Source: an uncultured Actinomycetes bacterium
GTDB lineage: Bacteria > Actinomycetota > Actinomycetes > S36-B12 > CAIYMF01
Length of the DNA: 32,000 nucleotides
Assembly (NCBI GenBank): GCA_963843975.1
Contig: CAWJMG010000003.1
Span: 1,020,001-1,052,000 of the forward strand
Direction of reading: 5' to 3'
This document shows positions 27,469 through 32,000 of the stretch, in pieces; positions within the stretch are counted from its first letter, which is position 1, and every line of letters begins with the position of its first letter. A program made the position numbers and the translations under genes. A model generated the notes under the pieces. It worked only from the letters and a program-made list of their open reading frames with translations, did no database searches and was not told the DNA's origin.

Positions 27469-27707
27469 CTCATGGTGAGGACGACGGCGTCTCAGCTGGC
27501 GGAACCCCTGTCCAGCAGCCGGACACACGTGTGTACCCTCGAACCGTGCTCATCTCGCAGAACGCGTTTGATGGCTACCGGCCCGGGGCTCCCCGGGTGG
27601 GTCGCCGTCGCACTGCCTGACGCGCACCACCCCCGAAGCCCCGCGCCGCACCGGCCGGGGCTTCTTGCGTCCCCGGGACGGCACACGACTGAGAGGCACG
27701 AACCGAC

Positions 27708-28750
27708 ATGGTCATCGTCATGGCTCCTGGAGCCACCGACGCGCAGATCGACACCGTCGTCGACCGCGTCGACCGGCGCGGGCGGCGAGGCGTTCGTCAG
27801 CCGCGGCGACACCCGCACGATCGTGGGCCTCGTCGGCGACGTCGACACGTTCCACGGCCTCAACCTGCGCACGCTGCCGGGCGTCGCGGAGGTCGTGCGC
27901 ATCTCGACGCCGTTCAAGCTCGTCAGCCGCCAGCACCACCCCGACATGTCGACGGTGTACGTCGGTGAGACGCGCGTGCCGATCGGCCCGGAGACGTTCA
28001 CGCTCATCGCCGGCCCGTGCGCCGTCGAGACGCCCGAGCAGACTCTCGAGGCCGCGCAGATGGCGCATCGCCGCCGGCGCGACGCTGCTGCGCGGCGGCG
28101 CGTTCAAGCCGCGCACCTCGCCGTACGCCTTCCAGGGTCTCGGCGAGCGCGGCCTGCGAGATCCTGGCCGACGTCCGGGCCGAGACCGGCCTGCCGGTCG
28201 TCACCGAGGTCGTCGACGTCGCCGACGTCGAGCTCGTGGCGTCGTCACGCCGACATGCTGCAGATCGGCACCCGCAACGCGCAGAACTTCACGCTGCTGC
28301 AGGCGGTCGGCGACGTCGGCAAGCCGGTGCATGCTCAAGCGCGGCATGACCGCCACGATCGAGGAGTGGCTGATGGCCGCGGAGTACATCGCGCAGCGCG
28401 GCAACCTCGACATCGTGCTGTGCGAGCGCGGTATCCGGACGTTCGAGAAGGCGACGCGCAACACCCTCGACATCGCCGCGGTGCCGGTCGCCCACGACCT
28501 CTCGCACCTGCCGATCGTCGTCGACCCGTCGCACTCGGGCGGGCGCCGCGACCTCGTCGTGCCGCTCTCGCGCGCGGCGATCGCGGTCGGTGCCGACGGC
28601 ATCATCGTCGACGTCCACCCGCACCCGGAGACCGCGCTCTGCGACGGCCCGCAGGCCCTCGTCGACAGCGACCTCCGCGCACTGGCCACGGCCGTCCGCC
28701 AGCTCGCGCCGCTGTCGAACCGCCGCCCGGCCACGCCCCTCGGCCGCTAG
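27708..28750 (+). pseudogene. aroG: Type I-beta 3-deoxy-7-phosphoheptulonate (DAHP) synthase with N-terminal ferredoxin-like regulatory domain, carrying five +1 frameshifts
   Basis: The protein is readable only by hopping frames 0>1>2>0>1>2:
- MVIVMAPGATDAQIDTVVDRVD, shift at about 27774-27778.
- GGEAFVSRGDTRTIVGLVGD...FTLIAGPCAVETPEQTLEAAQMA, shift at 28066.
- IAAGATLLRGGAFKPRTSPYAFQGLGERGL, shift at 28157.
- EILADVRAETGLPVVTEVVDVADVELVAS, shift at about 28245.
- HADMLQIGTRNAQNFTLLQAVGDVGKPV, shift at 28330.
- MLKRGMTATIEEWLMAAEYIAQRGN..VLCERGIRTFEKATRNTLDIAAVPV...HLPIVVDPSH..GRRDLV..LSRAAIAVGADGIIVDVHP.PE.ALCDG.
The joined sequence is collinear with Thermotoga-type DAHPS as I recall it. 1043 nt minus 5 equals 346 codons. 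Confidence 0.85.
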
Positions 28751-28846
28751 CGTCGGGTGGTCGGCACCGGCACCGGCGTCAGCAGCGGATGCGTCGGCAC
28801 TCCCATCGGGTGTAGACCGTCAGCACGCATCGGGACTGGGGGACGC

Positions 28847-29353
28847 ATGCGCGCTGCAGCGGTGAAGGTCGTGGTGGCCGCGGCCGTGCTCGTCGCCGTC
28901 TCCGCGTGCGGCTCGACGGCCTACGTCGCACCCACCGTCGTGCCCGCGGGGCCGGCCGCGCTGCCCTCGACGCCGCTGTGCCCCGAGGCGGGCGGCAACG
29001 CCGGTGCGCCTGTGTCGATCGAAGGCCTGGAGATCTCCGCCGTCGTCCTGTGCGACCCGGGCATCGAGGCGTCCTCGGCGTACGTCGAGAAGCGCTACAC
29101 GTCCGGGATCGAGCCGGCCGTGGCGGCGCTCGGGCGCCCGGACGAGCAGCCGCCGGAAGGCTCGTACTTCTGCTCCGGAGCGCCGCTCATCTGGACGGCG
29201 CAGGTGATCCTGGTCAGCCCCGAGGGTGCGACCTACGTGCCGCGCCTCCCGCTCGACGCCTGCGGCAGCGACACTGCAGCGCTCACCGCCCTCGTCGACC
29301 TCGGGGAGCCCGACGCGCAGCTCGTCCTTGCACCGGGATCCGGCTCCGCCTGA
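28847..29353 (+). CDS. Putative lipoprotein of unknown function
   Basis: ATG at 28847. Signal peptide plus lipobox MRAAAVKVVVAAAVLVAVSAC. The 168-aa protein has four further Cys. No family recognised. Confidence 0.6.
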   Translation: MRAAAVKVVVAAAVLVAVSACGSTAYVAPTVVPAGPAALPSTPLCPEAGGNAGAPVSIEGLEISAVVLCDPGIEASSAYVEKRYTSGIEPAVAALGRPDEQPPEGSYFCSGAPLIWTAQVILVSPEGATYVPRLPLDACGSDTAALTALVDLGEPDAQLVLAPGSGSA

Positions 29354-29362
29354 CGACCGTGG

Positions 29363-31511
29363 CTAGGCCGGGTCGTGGACGTGCGGCAGGATGCGGTCGA
29401 GCCAGGCCGGGAGCCACCAGTTCCAGTCTCCGAGCAGGGTCATCGTCGACGGCACGAGCAGGCCGCGCACGATCGTCGCGTCGACCGCCACGGCCGCCGC
29501 CATGCCGATGCCCATCATCTTGATGACGGGGTCGTGGCTCATCGTGAAGCTGAGGAAGACGCAGATCATGATGAGCGCGGCCGACGTGATCACGCGGCCT
29601 GTCTTGGCCATGCCGCTCGCCACCGAGGCGCGCCCGTCGCCCGTCGCCACCCACTCCTCGCGGACAGCCGTGAGCACGAAGACCTCGTAGTCGGTCGAGA
29701 GCCCGAACAGCACCGCGAACATCAGCAGCGGCACATAGCTCTCGATCGGCACCGGCGCCTCGAGCCCGAGCAGCCCCGCGCCCCAGCCCCAGGTGAAGAC
29801 CGCGACGAGGATGCCGTACGCCGCCCCCACCGACAGCAGGTTCATGAGCGCGGCCTTGAGCGCCACGATCGGCGCCCGGAACGCCACGAGCAGCAGCAAC
29901 GTGGCCACGAGCACGACCGCGCCGACCACGAGCACCATGCGGCCCGCGATGCGGTCGGTGAGATCGCCCTTGCCCGCGGTGAACCCACCCACGTGGGTCT
30001 GCGCGTCCGGCGCGGCGGCGGGCAGCACGTCCGACCGGAGCGACGCGACGAGGTCCTGCGTCGCAGGGTCGGACGGCGCGGTCGAGGGCTGCGCCGAGAG
30101 CCGCACGACGAGGCCGTCCGCCGACACCTGCGGCGGTGACACCGCCACGACGCCGTCGGCCCCCTTCACCGCGGTCGCGAGCGCCAGGGCTGCGGGGTCC
30201 GTCGGGCCGGTCAGCGCCGAGGGGTACGTCGCCGTCACGAGCAGCGGTCCGTTCGCGCCGGGCCCGAAGCCGACGGCGAGCTTGTCGTACGACTGCCGCT
30301 GCTCGGTCGAGGCGGGCCAGGAGCCGGCGTCGAGCTGGCCGAGCTGAAGGCTCAGCGCGGGGGCGGCCAGGAGCGCGAGCACCACGGTGCTGCCGATCAG
30401 GACCAGCCACGGCCGCAGCGCCACGCGACGCGCGAGCCTCGCCCATCCGCCGGCCTCCCCCAGCGACTCCGGCTTGCGCGTCGCGAGCCGCGGGCCGAGC
30501 CAGGCGAGGCACGCGGGCAGCAGCGTGACGGCGGCGACGCAGGCCACGAGCACCGCGAGCCCCGACGCGATCGCCAGGCTGCGCATCAGCGGCATGCCCA
30601 CCAGCGCGAGGCCGGACAGCGCCGCGATGACCGAGAAGCCGGCGAACAGCACCGCACGTCCGGCCGTCGCGGTCGTGGTGGTAGCGGCCTTGACCGGGTC
30701 GTCGCCGTCCACCAGCGCCCGCTGGAACCGGTTGAGCCCGAAGAGCGAGTAGTCGATGCCGACGCCCAGCCCGATCATCGAGGCCAGCGAGGGCGCCACG
30801 GCCGGGATGTCGACGGCGTGGCCGAGCAGGCCGAGGCCGAGGATGGCCACGGCGAGGCCGACGATCGCGGTGCCCAGCGGCAGCAGCGCCGCGGCCACCG
30901 AGCCGAACGCCACGAGCAGGATCACGAGGGCGGCCACGAGGCCGATCAGCTCGGCCCGGCGATCGGTCTCGCGGTCGAGCACGGCGGCCAGCTGGTCGGC
31001 TGCCGTCACCTCGATGCCGCCGGCGGCCACCGCATCCGTGGTGACGGTCCTGAGCCGCTCGGCGACCGGCTTGGTGATGTCCTTGCCCGACACCGTGAGC
31101 ACCAGATTGATCGTGCCCGTGCCGGAGTCCGCGGAGAAGCTGGCCGTTGCGCTCGCTGGGCGCGGTGGCGCTGGCGACCTCGGGCTCCGCCTCCAGCGCC
31201 GTCACGGCAGCGGCGATCGCCGCGCTCTGATCCGCACCGGACAGGGACGGAGCCGTGAGGACGAGCCGCTGGGCCGGGTTCGGCGCGTCGGGGAATGCCG
31301 CACGAGAGGTGTCGATCGCGGCCTGGCTGTCGGCGCCGGGGATGGTGAGGTCGTCTGTGGTCGCGGCGCCGAACCGGCCGACGAGCAGCCCGAGCACGAG
31401 CGCGAGCAGGATCCATGCACCGACGACGCGGCGGGGGCTCCGGGCGCAGGCCCGGCCGAGCCGCGCCGTCCAGCCGAGGGGCGGCGCGGTCGCGGGTGCA
31501 GTGGTCTCCAC
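29363..31511 (-). pseudogene. MMPL-family (RND superfamily) transporter with one +1 frameshift near 31142-31145
   Basis: The N-terminal 122 aa (METTAPA...RVVGAWILLALVLGLLVGRFG...EPEVASATAPSERNG) are in the frame of 31511. The rest (SFSADSGTGTINLVLTVSGKD...GIDYSLFGLNRF...STDYEVFVL...LLGDWNWWLP) is in the frame of 29363..31102. The minus-strand sequence AAC GGC C AGC TTC has one extra base. 2149 nt minus 1 equals 716 codons. Confidence 0.8.
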
Positions 31512-31560
31512 CCGCGCACCCTAGGGGTGCGGCGGCCCCGGGGCGCGCTGGCTCGCGGGC

Positions 31561-31932
31561 TCAGGACCGGACGGTGAGCAAGCCCTCGAGGACGACGACC
31601 TCCGCCGCGAGCCGGTGCGAGGCTGCGCTGCTGCCGTACACCTGCATCGCCGAACGTCGCTCGGCGATCTCGGCACGGACGATCTCGGCGACGTCGTCGT
31701 CCGAGAGCTGTCGGCGCTGGGCCTCCGCAGCGCCGACGCCGAGCGCCGCGCCGGCGACGTGCTCGGAGCTGGACGCGGGCGCGGTGTCGACCGGGACGGC
31801 GACGGCCTCGGCGTTGCCGATCGCGCCGAGCAGGCTGCGCAGCGCCGACACGGTGACCGTGTCGCGCGACCGGACCGCCTCGCGCAGCCAGGTGCGCGCG
31901 CGGTTCTCGATCGCCGTCGTGTGGTCGTTCAC
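31561..31932 (-). CDS. GatB/YqeY domain-containing protein
   Basis: GTG at 31932, preceded by AGGA. The pattern ...WLREAVRSRDTVTVSALRSLLGAIGNAEAV.......LSDDDVAEIVRAEIAERRSA...Y..........AAEVVVLEGLL resembles YqeY-like proteins. Confidence 0.55.
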   Translation of the reverse strand: MNDHTTAIENRARTWLREAVRSRDTVTVSALRSLLGAIGNAEAVAVPVDTAPASSSEHVAGAALGVGAAEAQRRQLSDDDVAEIVRAEIAERRSAMQVYGSSAASHRLAAEVVVLEGLLTVRS

Positions 31933-32000
31933 GTGGTCGATCCTGTCCTGTCCGGCGCCCCGGCGCCTCACAACACTCCGGCCGCCGCACACCCGTCGTC

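Overview
High-GC (above 70% by eye) actinobacterial chromosomal segment, densely coding on both strands. I found no rRNA, tRNA, CRISPR array or transposase. All calls come from reading the six-frame translations against remembered family motifs; no searches were run.

The backbone matches the conserved actinobacterial block metF - idsA - mptA-like mannosyltransferase - PASTA Ser/Thr kinase - DAHP synthase (as I recall it, Rv2172c-Rv2178c in M. tuberculosis). Three kinds of extra material are interleaved in it:

1. A near-complete but dispersed carotenoid pathway: crtA-like, cruF, GT2, an embedded GT87 and crtD-like at 0-5.9 kb; idsA/crtE at 10 kb; crtI at 13.6 kb; crtB at 20.7 kb; crtYc/crtYd at 24 kb.
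2. Four polytopic GT-C membrane glycosyltransferases, including a tandem paralog pair.
3. Accessory genes: a lipoprotein RNase Sa-like toxin translationally coupled to barstar, a DUF222-HNH endonuclease, a PAS-GGDEF-EAL sensor, and small stress-type proteins (Dabb, DinB/DUF664, VOC, PPOX, SIMPL).

The main oddities:

- Eight single-base frameshifts in otherwise well-conserved genes. Five are +1 insertions within about 560 bp of the DAHP synthase gene; the others are one each in idsA, an MMPL transporter and a VOC gene.
- A 52-nt nested-palindrome repeat present twice, 44/52 identical, each time just after a stop codon.
- A GT87 glycosyltransferase embedded by start/stop overlap in the carotenoid-tailoring operon.
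- TANNNT -10-like boxes at leaderless distance before four genes.

No clear-cut novel defence or mobile system is evident. The most defensible candidate for new biology is the carotenoid glycoside tailoring module.
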